A stretch of DNA of 64,000 bases from Octopus sinensis (GCF_006345805.1 NC_043008.1:72478001-72542000), one strand, 5' to 3'; shown: positions 27,309-41,812, counted from the first letter of the stretch. The notes: generated by a model from the letters alone, not told the origin. Program-made: numbers and translations.

Positions 27309-28910
27309 CATCATCATCATCATCGTTTAACGTCCGCTTTCCATGCTAGCATGGCTTGGACGATTTTGACTGAGGGCTGGCAAACCAGATGGCTGCACCA
27401 GTTTCCAATCTTGATCTGGCAGAGTTTCTACAGCTGGATGCCCTTTCTAACACCAACCACTCTGAGAGTGTAGTAGGTGCTTTTTACGTGCCACCGGCAC
27501 GGGGGCCAGTCAGGTGGTACTGGCAATGACCTTGCTCAAATCTTTTTATACATGTCACCGGCATAGGTGCCAATGAAGCGACGTTGGTAACAATCACACT
27601 CGAATGGTGCAAAGGATGAAGCACAGTCTGACAAAATGAACACTTTAATGTAGCAGGTATAGAAGGGTTGGCAACAAAAGCTCACCAGAAATAAATACTA
27701 TCCGATGTAGAAAGGGCCCGTAGAAGTAGTTGATAACTTCTAGTACCTAAGTGTACATAGTTGCTCAGCGACCATAGAAGCCAGAGTAGAAACAGTCTGG
27801 AAAAAGTTTGCCCAGCTATTATCTCTACTTGCACAAAGAGCTTCTCTCAAAGGACAAAGGACAAATCTTATGATGCATAGGTGCAAAGAGCAATACTGCA
27901 GGTAGTGAGACCTGACTTTAAACACAGAGCATCTGAGGAAACTAGAAAGAAATGAAGTAAACATGGTATGTTGCTTATGTAATAGAAGCTCATATATATA
28001 TGTCATCATCATCATCGTTTAATGTCCACTTTCCATCTTGGCATGGGTTGGACGATTTGACTGAGGACTGGTGGGCACCAGGCTTAATTTGATCTTACAA
28101 AGTTTCTACAGCTGGATGCCCTTCCTAACGCCAACCACTCCAGTCAGGCAGTTCTGGCAACAACCATGCTCAAAAGGTGTTTTTACATGCTACCTGCATG
28201 GGAGCCAGCCCAGTGGCACTGGCAACGACCATGCTTGAATGTTGTTTTTCACATGCCACTGGTACATGTGCCAGTAAGGCAACACTGACAATGATCACAC
28301 TCAAATGGTGCTTTTCACATGTCACTGGCATGGGAGCCAATCCATGGCCCTGGCAACAATTGCGCTCAGATGTGCTTTTAATGTTCCACAAGCACGAGTG
28401 TCAATCAGACGGTACTATCATCGGCCATGTCACTGATTTTGATTTGTTTACACTTGCCTCAGTAGGTCTTCACAAGCAAAATCCATTGTCCAATAAATGA
28501 AGGGTACTCATAAGTGGGCCAGTTATACCCCACATTCAGATGTGCTTTTAATGTTCCACTGGCACAAGTGACAATCAAGTGATACTGTCATCGGCCATGT
28601 CAGCAATTTTGATTTTGGTTTCACTTGCCTCAGTAGGTCTATTGTCCAATAAAAGAGGGGTATTCATAAATGGGCTGGTTACACCCACTGGCATAGGCCA
28701 TGGGCTATGGTCTCACTTGGCTTGCCGAGTCTTCTCAAGCACAGCATATCTCCAAAGGTCCCGGTCACTAGTCATTGCCTTGGTAAGGCCCAATGTTCAA
28801 AGGTCATGCTTCACCATCTCATCCTGGGTCTACTTCTTCCTCAAGTCCCCTCAACTGCTAGGGTGTGACAATTTTTCACACAGCTATCCTCATTCATTCG
28901 CAACACATGA
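27309..28910. mobile_element. Cluster of RTE fragments: two minus-strand 3' ends and a plus-strand post-RT piece at about 27715-27990
   Basis: Similar to 58583-59600 and to the region encoding ARIRIAWAKFRELLPLL. Confidence 0.75.
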
Positions 28911-28959
28911 CCATATATATATATGTATATATACGTATATATATATATACAAACATACA

Positions 28960-28991
<32 letters not shown>

Positions 28992-29402
28992 CCAATTATA
29001 TACGTTTTTATTCTTTTTGCAATTTACTTAATCATCAGTATATTATTGTTATTTTAATTCTAATATTTCTATTATATGTAATTTTCTAGATGGTGTAATT
29101 TAATTGTTCATTTTGAATTGATAAAAGGTGGGTTTTTTTCTAATTTTTTTATATATATATATATTATATTGTGTGAAATTTGATTTAGTATTTCTAAATT
29201 GAATTTTTCCCTGTAAGTTAGGATTAATATTCCCTCAAATAGTTATGATATATATATATATATATATATATTATATTAAATTAGAGACAAAACCACTATT
29301 AGGCAAATCAAACAATGAAAAACTTAAGCCAATACATAAGATTATGTAATTTATATTATTTAAATATATAACAAAATTATTAAAAAAATATAATTAATAT
29401 TA

Positions 29403-29466
29403 CACTACTATCGTTTCATGGCTGCTAACTTCTTCAAATTTTCGAGTCACAGTCATTCATCAGGTG
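29403..29466 (-). ncRNA. Type I hammerhead ribozyme motif (left arm)
   Basis: CAC CUGAUGA [long stem II] GAAAC GAUA GUA/GUG; one change in the stem III palindrome relative to the right-arm copy. Confidence 0.7.
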
Positions 29467-29980
29467 GTTTAAATATCTAAAATATAATCAATATTTTTAA
29501 GATATAAATAATATATATAATAATTTTACTTATAATAAACTCTATTATTAAATATGATTATATCGAAATCGACTATAATGTTAAATATTAACTTTAATTT
29601 ATAAGGTAGGAAACCCATAATCTAATATCAATATTAGTCTATGTCTAATTACATAAATATTTAAAATGACTAATATATATAAATTATCAATGAAAATATA
29701 TATAAATATTATAATCATTTTTATTAGTGTTTATAATATTTATATATATTTTCATTGATAATTTATATATATTAGTCATTTTAAATATTTATGTAATTAG
29801 ATATAGACTAATATTGATATTAGATTATGGGTTTCCTACCTTATAAATTAAAGTTAATATTTAACATAGTCGATTTCGATATAATCATATTTAATAATAG
29901 AGTTTATTATAAGTAAAATTATTATATTATATATATTATTTATATCTTAAAAATATTGATTATATTTTAGATATTTAAAC

Positions 29981-30044
29981 CACCTGATGAATGACTGTGA
30001 CTCGAAAATTTGAAGAAGTTAGCAGCCATGAAACGATCGTAGTG
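29981..30044 (+). ncRNA. Type I hammerhead ribozyme motif (right arm)
   Basis: CAC CUGAUGA AUGACUG-UGACU...AGUUA-G-CAGCCAU GAA ACGAUCGU A/GUG: stem I CAC:GUG, palindromic stem III ACGAUCGU, GUA site, predicted cleavage after 30041. Confidence 0.8.
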
Positions 30045-31481
30045 TGATATTAATTATATTTTTTTAATAATTTTGTTATATATTTAAATAATATAAATTA
30101 AATAATCTTATGTATTGGCTTAAGTTTTTCATTGTTTGATTTGCCTAATAGTGGTTTTGTCTCTAATTTAATATAATATAATATTTTACTATAAAATTGG
30201 ATTCAATCCTAAATCTGATTTTTCCCTGTAAGTTTGGATTTATTCCCTAATATTTATTATTAATTTATATATATATATATATTATATACATATATGAGAA
30301 TGGTGGCAATTTAACCGACTTACTCCCGCCCCTAAAATTGCCAGCCTTTTACCAAAATTTGAAAACAGTATATTATTATATACTGTTGCAATATTTCAAT
30401 TTTCTTTTCTTTCATATCACTTGTATATTTGTTTATAATTTGGTAGAGTGAGTTGCTGTACAAAACGTAAAACTTGTCTTTCTGCCTGTGATGTTTTGTG
30501 TAAGTGTGTTTGACCATCATCGATGCACACCAAGGCTATGGTTTAGTTGTCATTCACTTGTTGTAAATGTCTGGCAACTTTAAGTATTTTTTATGTTTCT
30601 AGAGTTTTGCATTTGATAATCAAAAACTAGTTTATTAAACATAACAGTCATTAAATGCTGCAAGCCATGTACCAAAAAGGAGGCATAAAGAGATGATTTC
30701 CCCTTCTCGTATAACTGCCAAAAGACTAAGAAAATTTTCATGAGTTTTTTTCTGCTAGAACACTGATATTTTGGCCTGTTTTCAATATTTTATTATTGGA
30801 AGGTGGCAAGCTGGTAGAATTCTTAGTACGCTGGACAAGATGCTTAGTGGCATTTTTTACATTCTGAGTTCAAATTCCATTGAGTTTGACTCTACTTTTC
30901 ATTCATTCAAGGTCGATGAAATAAGTGCCAGCAGAACACTGGGGTATATTCAATCAATTTGGCCCCTCCCACAAACTGCTGGCCTTGTGCCAATATGAAA
31001 TCAATTTTTATTGTTGGACCATGTGGACTTATGCTTATCTGGCTCCATAGTCTATGGTGCTTGGTCTGTCATCTGTAATATGACCATGTTAAACTTGATG
31101 TAATTTTTTGCATTTAAGAAAGCACTTCTTACATACTGGTAAACAGGGTGTATATTATTATATATTATTATTAATCAGCAGAAGGTGGCAAGCTAGCAGA
31201 ATCGCTATTGTGCCAGATAATAGGCTTAACAGCATTTTGTCCACTTTTTCATTCTGAGTTAAAATGCTGCCAAGGTTCGCTTTGCCTTTTATCCTTTTGG
31301 GGTCAATAAAATAAGTACCAGTGGGATCAATGCATTTGACTAGCCCCCCCTTCTCCAAACTTGCTGGCCTTGTGCCAAAATTTGAAATAATTATTATTAA
31401 GCAGCAGATGTTCAAATTATTCAACAATTATATGAGTGTGTATATAATGATCATCATTTACTGTTCATTTTCTGTGGTGGC

Positions 31482-31516
<35 letters not shown>

Positions 31517-31936
31517 ATACATAAATATATATATAAATATATACATAAATATAAATATATATATATGTATATATATGTGTATATATATACCTATTATATA
31601 CATTTTTATTATTATTTTTGTAATTTACTTAATCTTTACATTTTATTATTATTTTAATTTTAACTTTTCTATTATATGTAATTTTCTAGATGGTGTAATT
31701 TAATTATTCATTTTGAATTGATAAAAGGTGCTTTTTTTCTAATATTTTATACATATATATATAAATACCCACATGCTTATATATGTGTGTGATTATGGGA
31801 ACATACAGAATGAGTATAATGTATTTGTATGCATGTACGTATATATAAATCTATATATTTATATGTATGTAGATATGCATATGATTATGTGCACATGCAA
31901 TATGTGTATTCTGCATACATACATATATACATACAC

Positions 31937-31990
<54 letters not shown>

Positions 31991-32590
31991 GTATGTATGT
32001 ATATATAATTCATAGACAAGCAGAGATTTTCTAATTAACTAAGATTTTTCATTGTTCTGCATCATTTTCTGAATTAATTAAACCATTATACACACACCTC
32101 TGTGAATATACATTGTGTTATGTGTGTGTGTGTGAGTGTGAAACTCTGAAGCCAGACAGAATTAATTATATTTATTAACAGTAATTGCACTTGATTGAGC
32201 ACTGTATCTTGTTTGTAACTGTTTATCAGCAACCTTTTCTGACTCTATGCTTTGGGTAGAGACAGTCAACACCTCACATTTGCAATATCTTACTCTGGCA
32301 TGAAATAAAGACTTAGTTTTTAACCAATGCATTAGTAGAATAAAATATAGGTTTGCAGAGGAATTAACATGTTTTTCCTATCAATGATGGTGATAATAAT
32401 GGTTGTTTGTAATACAGGCATAATCACAGGTGTGTAATAGTCGATTAATTCATCCTTAGTACTCAGCTGGTTCAAGCCTGAAGGCATGAGGGATAAAGTT
32501 AACCACAGCTGGATTTGATCAATTTCTATTTGCAAGTCTTTATATTTACTGATCTTGTAAAATTCTTTTGCCGCTATATTGTGATCACAA

Positions 32591-32708
32591 GGAGGGTATA
32601 TCAGCTGAAACATTGTGTTAACAACAAACAAGATGAGGACAAATATCCATCAAATGTAAATAATGTAAATAATGCACATCATTCCTCATCTCTTAAAAAT
32701 AGAACTGC
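32591..32708 (+). mobile_element. Truncated copy of the 43.4-43.8 kb hammerhead element (3' half of the ribozyme plus tail)
   Basis: ggagggtatatcagctgaaacattgtgttaacaacaaacaagatgaggacaaatatcc...aaatagaactg aligns with about 43655-43762. Confidence 0.8.
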
Positions 32709-32729
32709 ATTCAAAGATGTTGTATAGAT

Positions 32730-33055
32730 AGGCCGATGTAGTCATGGTTGTTAAGCTTACTTTGCAGTCATATGATTTTGGGTTGCGGTTCACTGTGTGA
32801 CAACTTGACTATATGTCTTTTGCTATAGCACTGGGTCAGCCAATGCCCTGTGAGTGAATTCAGTAGATGGATATCATGTGAAAACCCATCATGTGTGTGT
32901 GTGTGTGTGATGTTTCTGTTTAGCAATTCAGCAAAAAAGGTTGACAAGATGCGAACCAGAATTAAAAGAAGTACTAGGGTCTATTTGTTTGACTAAATCT
33001 ATGACGGCATTACCCCAGCATGGCTGCAGTCCAGTGAGTGGAAGAAGTAAAAGAT
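32730..33055 (+). mobile_element. Degenerate tRNA-SINE
   Basis: Same head, body and tail as the 39345-39725 copy. Confidence 0.7.
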
Positions 33056-34847
33056 AATACATATATGTGTATGTCTCCATAAATGTTTCATTATGTTACA
33101 AATTTTTATGACAATGACCAATGGACTGAGGTTATATAAATTCAGATTTAGTCATATCAGTTACAACATAACAAATTCTAGTATTCCTTAGTCCCAAGGC
33201 AATACATCAGTCCATTGTACTGTTCAACCAGCAGATTGCTTCTTACCAGCTGTAAATGGTATCATTCATCTTTGATATACTCATTAATTCAATATTTTTG
33301 AATAGGTTTCTTTAGATATGTGAATAACATTGAAGCCAACTCTGTATGTTCAATGGTAACAGAAGTTTTCCATAATAGTTACTATATTTCAAACAAGGGT
33401 TCTTCATTCTTCAACATGCTACATATCTTGGTGCCATCCATTCTCACCATTGTGAAATTAAAGAAGGTAACACATTGGATCAAGATAGTGAAATAAATAT
33501 GGTGTTTTTTGTTGGTGCTGCAGATTGCATAATGTCGATTTTCACTAATAAAATGCAGTAGTGGTTTTATGACTTGTAGGAAAATTCTGCTGCCTGGTAC
33601 CAGTGTGTCAGCTGAAGTGCCATTCATATTTATGGGGAGACGTATTTTGTCTTGCAGCATGTTATAGTTCTTGCAGCACTACAAAATGCATATTTTACTT
33701 ATATTTCAATGTTTGTGTGGTGAAAAATCATTTCTTGTTCTGTGTCGAATTGAAAGGTGAAATTGTCTCCCCTTCATAAAAAACAGGAAATTGATTTCTG
33801 AGACAATAAAATTAGGAAGAAACACATGCAATCAATAATCAACTCTACTAATAGGCACAAAGCCTAAAACTTTGGGGCAGGTGGGGCATAGTTGATTATG
33901 TTGACTCCAGTGCTCAACTGGTACTTGTTTTATTGACTCTGAAAGGATGAAAGATCAAAACCTACCTTGGTGAAATTTTTGCTCAGAATGTAAAGACAGA
34001 TGAAATGCTGCTAATGATTCTCCCAGTTTGTAGCCTTAAAACAGGCAGTCAGTAATGATAGCAAAGTGCTGGCTTCATCATCATCATTTAACATCCATGT
34101 TCTGTGCTGGTAAAGGTTGAGCAGTTTGACAGGACCCAGTGATTTAAGGAGTGCATCAAGTTCCAGTGTCTACTTCGCATGTTTTCTAAGGTGAGATGTC
34201 CTCCTCTAAAGCCAACCTCTTTACAACATATACTGGGTGCTTGTTTTCATGCCACCTGCACTAGTAAAGTTACCATGCAGCTTGCAAGACTACGAACCTG
34301 AGGTGGCAGGAGTGGGGTGCAGCTTTTATGCCAGGAAATGAGAAGCTAAACAATGAGAGGGAAGAACAGGTTTCTTGCTGTACAAGCTCACATTTAGAAG
34401 GGAGGGTGAGAATGATAGGGTGAAGCTGGGAAGAGATAGAACAGTGGTGATAGGTATCTTGGTAGCCCCTCAAGGTATGAGGTGAGTAAAAGTGGGCACA
34501 AAGGATATATGAGTGTTGGTTGGTTTTCAAGAGTATAAGGGGGAGTGGGGACACAGTGCAAGTAGAAATAAACATTCATTGATATAATCTGCACATAATG
34601 AAAATCCTGGATGTATGTGGCATTCTACTGATTCTAATGATAGATTTGAACAATTATTTACTGACACTAGATCCAGCTTTCCTTAGTATTACAAAGATAT
34701 TTTTTTCTTTTTATATTTTTGTCCGGAGAAACACTTTCACTATTTTTTTCTTTTGAAAAAGGCAAAACTTACTCTTATTGCTTTCGTCTGAAGTCTAACA
34801 CAAATGCATACTGCAACAAGCAGAATATTATAGGGAATGATGATGAA

Positions 34848-35560
34848 AAGTAGTATTCGGCATCTTAAAAGGAACATTTTTCGGTAAACTTAAATAAACT
34901 TGGTAGGATTATTAATTACTAGTTAATTAGTTAATTTTACCCTTTATTATTATTGATAATATAATTCTCTCCCTGATAATAAACTATAGTTTTTTTTCTG
35001 TAGTATTTTTTACTTGACAACACACGTGGATGGGTGAGGGAAGATACGAGATCTCATTTGTATGTTTTGAATTCGTTGGTACTGGTCATTGAATATAGTT
35101 TGTCTGATACTATTTGAATTGGATAGGTATGTTCAATTTTTTCAGTGCTCTCAAATTTAACATCTTGAAATGTTTGTGCTGAAGAGGAAAATGATTGGGT
35201 GAAGTGTGATTTTTACATTCTTCATACCAATCTAATTCTGAAACGTGTCCACAGGTAATCAATTGCCGAGTGAATTTTGTTGTTTTTCATCTCTGTCTAC
35301 GTGGCTTGTTTTGAGTATTTGTTGTCTAGGAATTTCTCTTTATAGTAGAAGAAATAGATAAGGTTCTTTGACTGTTATTTCTAAAGTTCAGTATGTGGTT
35401 AAGCAAATTTTTGCTGGACCCTAATTATAATTATACTCATAATTATAAAATATTGTTTAAGTTTACCGAAAAATGGTCCTTTTAACATGCCAAATACTAC
35501 TTGGTGGAATTATTAATCACTAGTTAATTAATTAATTTTACCCTTTATTATTATTGATAC

Positions 35561-35563
<3 letters not shown>
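34848..35563 (+). mobile_element. Hammerhead-bearing non-coding element with a 5' inverted segment and terminal direct repeat (601-bp period), ending in (TA)n
   Basis: 34848-34897 is the reverse complement of 35453-35502; 34898-34958 is a direct repeat of 35499-35559; hammerhead at 35173-35255. Confidence 0.8.
35173..35255 (+). ncRNA. Type I hammerhead ribozyme motif with long stem II
   Basis: UUUGUG CUGAAGA GGAA..GAUUGG.UGAAG.UGUGA-UUU-UUACA..CUUCA..CCAAUC..UUCU GAAAC GU GUC/CACAGG: 6-bp stem I including two G-U pairs, GUC site, predicted cleavage after 35249. Confidence 0.8.
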
Positions 35564-35633
<70 letters not shown>

Positions 35634-36547
35634 TATCATCATCATCATTTAGCATCCGCTTTCCATGCTAGCATGGGTTGGACGGTTCAACTGGGGTCTG
35701 TGAAGCCAGAAGGCTGCATCAGGCCCAGTTTGATCTGGCAGTGTTTCTATGGCTGGATGCCCTTCCTGACGCCAACCACTCCGTGAGTGTAGTGGATGCT
35801 TTTTACGTGCCACCCGCACAGGTGCCAGACGGAGCTGGCAAACGGCCACGGACGGATGGTGCTTTTTACGTGCCACCGGTACTGAGCCATAGGTTTATTT
35901 GGAATGGGTATGGTCAATTGAATTAAACTCATCCTCGCCCAGTCTACTTATCTCAGTTCTTGTTTTGGAGACAAAAACCGAGACAAATCAGTTTTGAACT
36001 CTAAATATCAAAAAACAAGAATTAAATACTGTGGTGTTATGTTTAGTCCAACACATCACCCTATGTGTCACCTCACCACACCACTATGAGTGCCACTCCA
36101 CCACCCTGAAACAACATATAATAATAAAAAGCTTCTTTTTATACTTGAAGGATTTTCTATGAGAATGGTTAATATGAATTATGGAAATTTGTGTTAGTCT
36201 TATGTTAGATGATATGAAATAATTAAGTATTACAAGACATTAACTTAACAATGATGTTAAGTATCAATCTATTATTGATCAAAGCTACAACACCTCTCTC
36301 TTTCTACCAATGAAGCAAACTAGTGTTTATTAGTAGACTTATGTTGTCTTCGCTTCATTTCATCGCTGCTTATTTTATTCAGTAATTTTAGCCATAAAGA
36401 CAATCAATGACTGCTGATGATACACAGCAGATCACTGAAGAAGATTATTATTGATGTTGTTGTTATTCTAACGATAATAATAATGATTGTCATTATCTTT
36501 ATAAATATTATTTATCAGGGTATTGAAGGTTGAAGGTGGCTACAATG

Positions 36548-36596
<49 letters not shown>

Positions 36597-39344
36597 GTAA
36601 AACTTACAGTATATAGTTTTGTACTTCTGTTTCTTCAGATCATCTCTCAGCTGAGTCAACTTTGATTTATCTTCCTCTGGGCTCAACACAGTAATTCTCA
36701 GACATGCTATCACTCTAATTCAATTATGCTCCTTTTCCCTATAAATATATGTTAGTCTGTGAACTGATCATATGACTTGCCTCCTCCATTGTGAATTAAT
36801 TGTTTTGTTAGCACATCAGACAGAATATCTTGGTGGTATATCTTCAGATCTTTGTGTTCTGATGGCAACATCAGTGACAGCATTGGTACCAAACTGTACT
36901 GGTTCTTGTCTTGCCTTGGGACAATGTGGGGAGAGAAGACTTGCATGTGTGGGCACCTGCTGGTCTTCCATGAAAGTAAAGGCTTTGCTCTGTCCTTTGC
37001 TTTAGTGAGGAACTGTCCAGAGACAGATCCACTGTTTTACAAAACTTATTTAGGCCCCAGATACTATAAGGCAATGACATGGCAGGATCAATAGAGTTCA
37101 ATGAATAAATTTGTTTTTTTTTGTTTGGTTACTTCACTTTATATTCGGAGATCAAATCATGCCCTCTGTCATGCCAAATGCATTGTCATGATTTAAATAT
37201 ATTGCTAAACATCAAAGTTTTTATTCACAGAGTAAATCTGTCATATTTCATTACAAATGAAAAAGAAACACAGCAAAAAAAAAGAAACAAACAAAAGAAA
37301 GCATGAAAATTATCAATATAGCGTTTATTCAATACAGACATGAAAAATAAATCAGTTTTAAATATTGAATCACTAAAAAATGCAGTAAAAAGTTAACTTC
37401 TTGTAAAACTGGAGGAAAGAAGAAACACTTTTGAAAGACAAATTATGAGCAATGGCTCTTAAATAATCCAGTAGTTCATGATTTTGATATTGATCTTTAT
37501 ATTTTTTTAAGCAACGTGGAGTTGTGCTCTAGCAATATACCATTCCACTATTGCTTCATGATTGTTTTTTTTTTTTGCCAGTATTTAAAATACCAATCTC
37601 CTGCTCATAGGCTGGAGTACCTTGAGCAATCAACTGAGCGCATAATGGCAACATTTACAAGTGTTTTTGTCTTAGAGGCATCTTCTCAGATTGAAGCCAA
37701 ACAATTCCAAAATGCATAGCCAGCATGAGTAGACAGGTGGGAAAGGTGCTGTTGTAAGTATACAGTCCACCTACTCTTTATCTATTCCAAGACTGGTTGG
37801 TCTTCTTTGAGAAATCCATTAGTGTTATGTAAATATCTCAAAGAAGGAATTACATTTAGACAGGCACAGTCTAATGTCTGCAGTAATTACTCATCATCTC
37901 TTCATTTTGTGCTCATTTTCCATGTTGACAAATGTTGGGCATGCCAACACAATCTGAATCAGTTCTTATACTATGTTAGTCTTAGATATGCCAGAGGATC
38001 ACATTTTGTTCATATGTGACATTTTATCTTGATTTCTATGACTAGAAGACCTCCCTAATACCAGCCATTTTCAGAATGTATGGGCTGCAGCACTACAGAG
38101 CTTGTCATGTCCTTAGCAAAAGTAAAACATTTTCTTAACCTGGTGTTCCATGCAAGACTAAACATTTCATTTCCCTTTACACTAAGCTCAAGGCAATTTT
38201 AGAATTGTTGCAGACCATTTCATTGAATTGATTGTAATACATATTGGGAGGAATCCTCATCATCATCATCATCATCGTCATCGTTATTATCATCATCATC
38301 ATCATCCGTTTTCCATGCTGGCATGGGTTGGATTGTTTAACTGGGGACTGGCAAGCCAGGAGGCTACACCAGGCTCCAATCTGATTTGGCTGTGTTTCTA
38401 CAGCTGGATGTCCTTCCTAACTCCAACCACTCCAAGAGTGTAGTGAGTGCTTTTTATGTGCCACCAGCACAGGAGCCATGAGTTGAATTAAAACAAAAAT
38501 TTCTAAAAATATTGATGGCTCCTTTCAAAACCTTTCATGTTAGATGAAAAGGTTGACTCCTCTAAAGACTTCATTTCCAAGAAGGCTTACTGTAATTAGT
38601 TCTTTTCAGTTCTTTAATACACTGGATCATTGGTAAAAGGCAAAACATCACTATTCACAATACAGTTTATCATGAAAAGTTGGCTAAATAAAAGGTGGAA
38701 CAATTTTGAAGGAACCTCTGCTTACAAAATTTTTGTAGTGAGGTACAAGTTAAAGTTACCTTTTTTTTTTTTGATATAAAATATTTCTCCCAAGTCAATC
38801 TTTACAGCTGAGTAGAATAACAACACTAATTCAAATGTGTCATCTTATATTCAGAAGTTACTCTAAACTAGAGTAAATATCCTCAATTGGTAGGAACATA
38901 TTCTGCCACAGTCCAAACATTTTAGGTGCCTGTTTTTCATGACATGTGTGGTGGATAGCTGACATAAAATTATTTTAGACACTGGGTTTCCATGTGATGC
39001 TGTGTTTTCAGCACTACAAATACTTTTTTCCATTGTTAAACTGATCAATTTAGCGATTTTAACAGAGGAAATATTTCCTCCAGTGTTCCTTAGTTATTTG
39101 GTAATGGAATATTCTTCTGCCTGGATTGGTCACAATTTCAATAAAATTTTCATCACTTTTTTGCTCTGACAAACTATTGATCAATATTAATACATTTTAT
39201 AGTTCTCTTAGTTCCTTTCTTTAAACCATGCTAGAGGACCATTTTTACGGGTTTAATTCTTAATTTTTAAACTGCCTGACAAAATATGTAGCTTTGTGGC
39301 CTCTGTTGTAACACTTAGAAAACAAATCGAAATGGACTGAAGGA

Positions 39345-39725
39345 ACAGGTGCAGTTGAGGCTATGTGGTAAGAGGTTTGCTTCCCAATCACATCGTTCTG
39401 GGTTCAGTTTCATTGCATAGCACCTTGGGTAAATGTCTTCTACTATAACCTCAGGTTGACCAAAGGCTTGTGAATGGATTTGGGTGACAGAAACTGAAAA
39501 GAGCCCATTGTGTGAATGTGTGCTTATCTCCCACCACTGCTTGACAAATAGTGTTGGTGTGTTTATGTCCCTATAGCTTAGTGGTTTGACAAGAAATATC
39601 TATACAATAAGTACCAGGCTTCACAAAAAAGTAATAAGCCCTGGGGTCAATTTGTTCGACTAAAATTCTTCAAGGCAGTGCTCTAGCATGGTTGCAGTCT
39701 AATGACTGAAACAAGAAAAAGAAGC
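39345..39725 (+). mobile_element. tRNA-derived SINE, near full length
   Basis: ggtgcagttgaggctatgtggtaagagg...gttctgggttcagt head, shared body, gaaacaagaaaaagaag tail. Confidence 0.8.
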
Positions 39726-41812
39726 AAAAGAGAATAATATTCCCCTTCTTCTTTTCTGAATAATTGTTAAAACCTTTCACTTTATATGTCATCATCATCA
39801 TCATTTAACATATGTATTCCATAGTGGTACAGGTGGAGGAATTCAGCAGGATCCAGTAGGCTGAGGATTGTACTGTGCTCCAATGTCTGTTTTGGCATGG
39901 TATCTATAACTGTTTGCTCTTTCCAATACCAACCATTTTACTGGGTGCCTGTTCCCATGGCACTGGCACTAATGAGATTACCAAGTATCATTCAAGTAAC
40001 ATCAAAGACAAAAAAGACTCTTAAACTGCGGTGGGGGAGTAGTTGAGGTAGAAGTGGTTTTATGCCAGGAGTTGAGAGGATGAATTGGATGTGTTCATTG
40101 CAGCACCAGCACTTGAGAGGTTGCCTTGTTCTATGCAAGACTAAACACTTCACTTTTCTTTACACTATACTCAAGACAATTTTACAATTGTTGCAGATAA
40201 TTTCTTTGAAATGATTATAATATATACTGAGAGGAATGTTAAGAACAAAATTTTTGAGCTGATGGTGGAGTGACAAGACAGGTGTCTTACTGCTGAGCAA
40301 ATATATGGCTACTCCATATTATATAAGAGTAGATGAGAGTAACTAGAAAGAGAAATAAGGATGTTAGTGATGAGGTGTTAGGGTGTACCCTCAAGGTACA
40401 AGAAGGTGATGAGAGAAAAGGAACAGAGGATTGGAAATGATATACAGACACACATGCAAAGGAGGTGGTGACTGAAAAGGGAAAGAACCTCATTATGTAT
40501 GTATGTGTGATAAGGATTTCTGATTTAGGTAGAAAGCCATGAATTTTGAAAGAGGATACTAAATCGATACCAGCAACCTGGTACATGACTGATACCCAGA
40601 AAGACAAAAAGCAAAGCTGACATCAGCAGAAACTAAGCTCAGAATATAAAATGCTGAACAAATACCACGAGGCAGTTTCTCTGATGTTCTTAGAATTTTG
40701 CCATTTCACTATTTTTGCTTCTCACAGAGGCACAAAGCTCTTAGGTTTCGTGGGGGCGGGGGGGGGGGGGGGGGTTATTACCACTGATGCCAGTACCTGA
40801 CTTGTTTTATCTTATTGATCCCTGAATGGTGAAAAAGTGTATTTGACCCCCAGCAAGATTTGAAATCAGAATATAAAGAACTGGAACATATACCATAAAA
40901 TATTATCTGACACTCTAACGATTTTACCAATGTGCCAGTATTCTGGTATTGTCAACTGTTATATGGCAGAAAATAGCCATGTCATACTAAAATAGCTAAA
41001 AATAATTGGTTTCCATTCAGTTGATATTATTCCACAGATGGAACAATAAATCTGAGAGAAATACTATAAGACAGAGAGTTTTTTTGTTTCTATCGTTTTG
41101 TATCATTTATTGTTTTTATTGTCTTTGTTCCATAGAATTTTTATTTCCAACTATAAGAAATATCGAAGAAACTATAGAGAATTATGTTCACACTAGAAAA
41201 AGAACATAAAAAGAAAAACTGGTGAATGAATTTAATGAAATAAACAAAAACAAAAAAGTTTTCTGAATTCTAACAAAATTTCCAATTTTTTCTCCTCTTT
41301 TTGGAAAAAAAAGTGAATGAAACAAAAATGTTATTATTATTATTATTGTTATTTCTAGTTTTTTCTGCCAAAATTCTAAAAATCAATGTATCAAGATTTG
41401 TGAAAAAAGAATCAAGAATTTAATAAGACAGAAGCAAACTTTAGTCAACCATGGTTGAGTCTGAGATTTTGTTGTCATTGGTGGGGTAGGAGAGAGAAAA
41501 AAGAATTTAAAAAATATAATGAAAGAAGGAAAAAAAAGAAAGGAAAGGAGAAACTAAGCATCATCACGGTAATTAATTGTAGCGGATTTCTTCAAATAAC
41601 AAACAAGGACATTGTTGAAAGAATGGTGAATGTCATTTGTATAAGTTAGGTAGGGGAGGGTGGGTAGTGGGGAGGGACATAAGAATGGCAATATTTCACA
41701 GACTATTGAGTAACATGCCTATTGGTTTGAGACTAACGGAACATTTCACATGCAACAAAGAATTCAAAACATTAGAAATTTGACAGGATAGTCTAGTAGA
41801 GAGAGAGAGAGG

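Larger units (their letters stand above)
29267..30270. mobile_element. Large palindromic non-coding element (arms about 29267-29714 / 29731-30180, 16-nt spacer, unpaired tail to about 30270) in (TA)n; Penelope-like/retrozyme-like
   Basis: Arms are near-perfect reverse complements and each carries a hammerhead core. Confidence 0.85.

Noticed and set aside
28140-28560. CRISPR-like repeat-spacer appearance of the GTGCTTTTTACATGCCAC motif
   Set aside because: Part of the RTE 3' UTR; spacers are related to each other, repeats are degenerate, context is eukaryotic and there are no cas genes.
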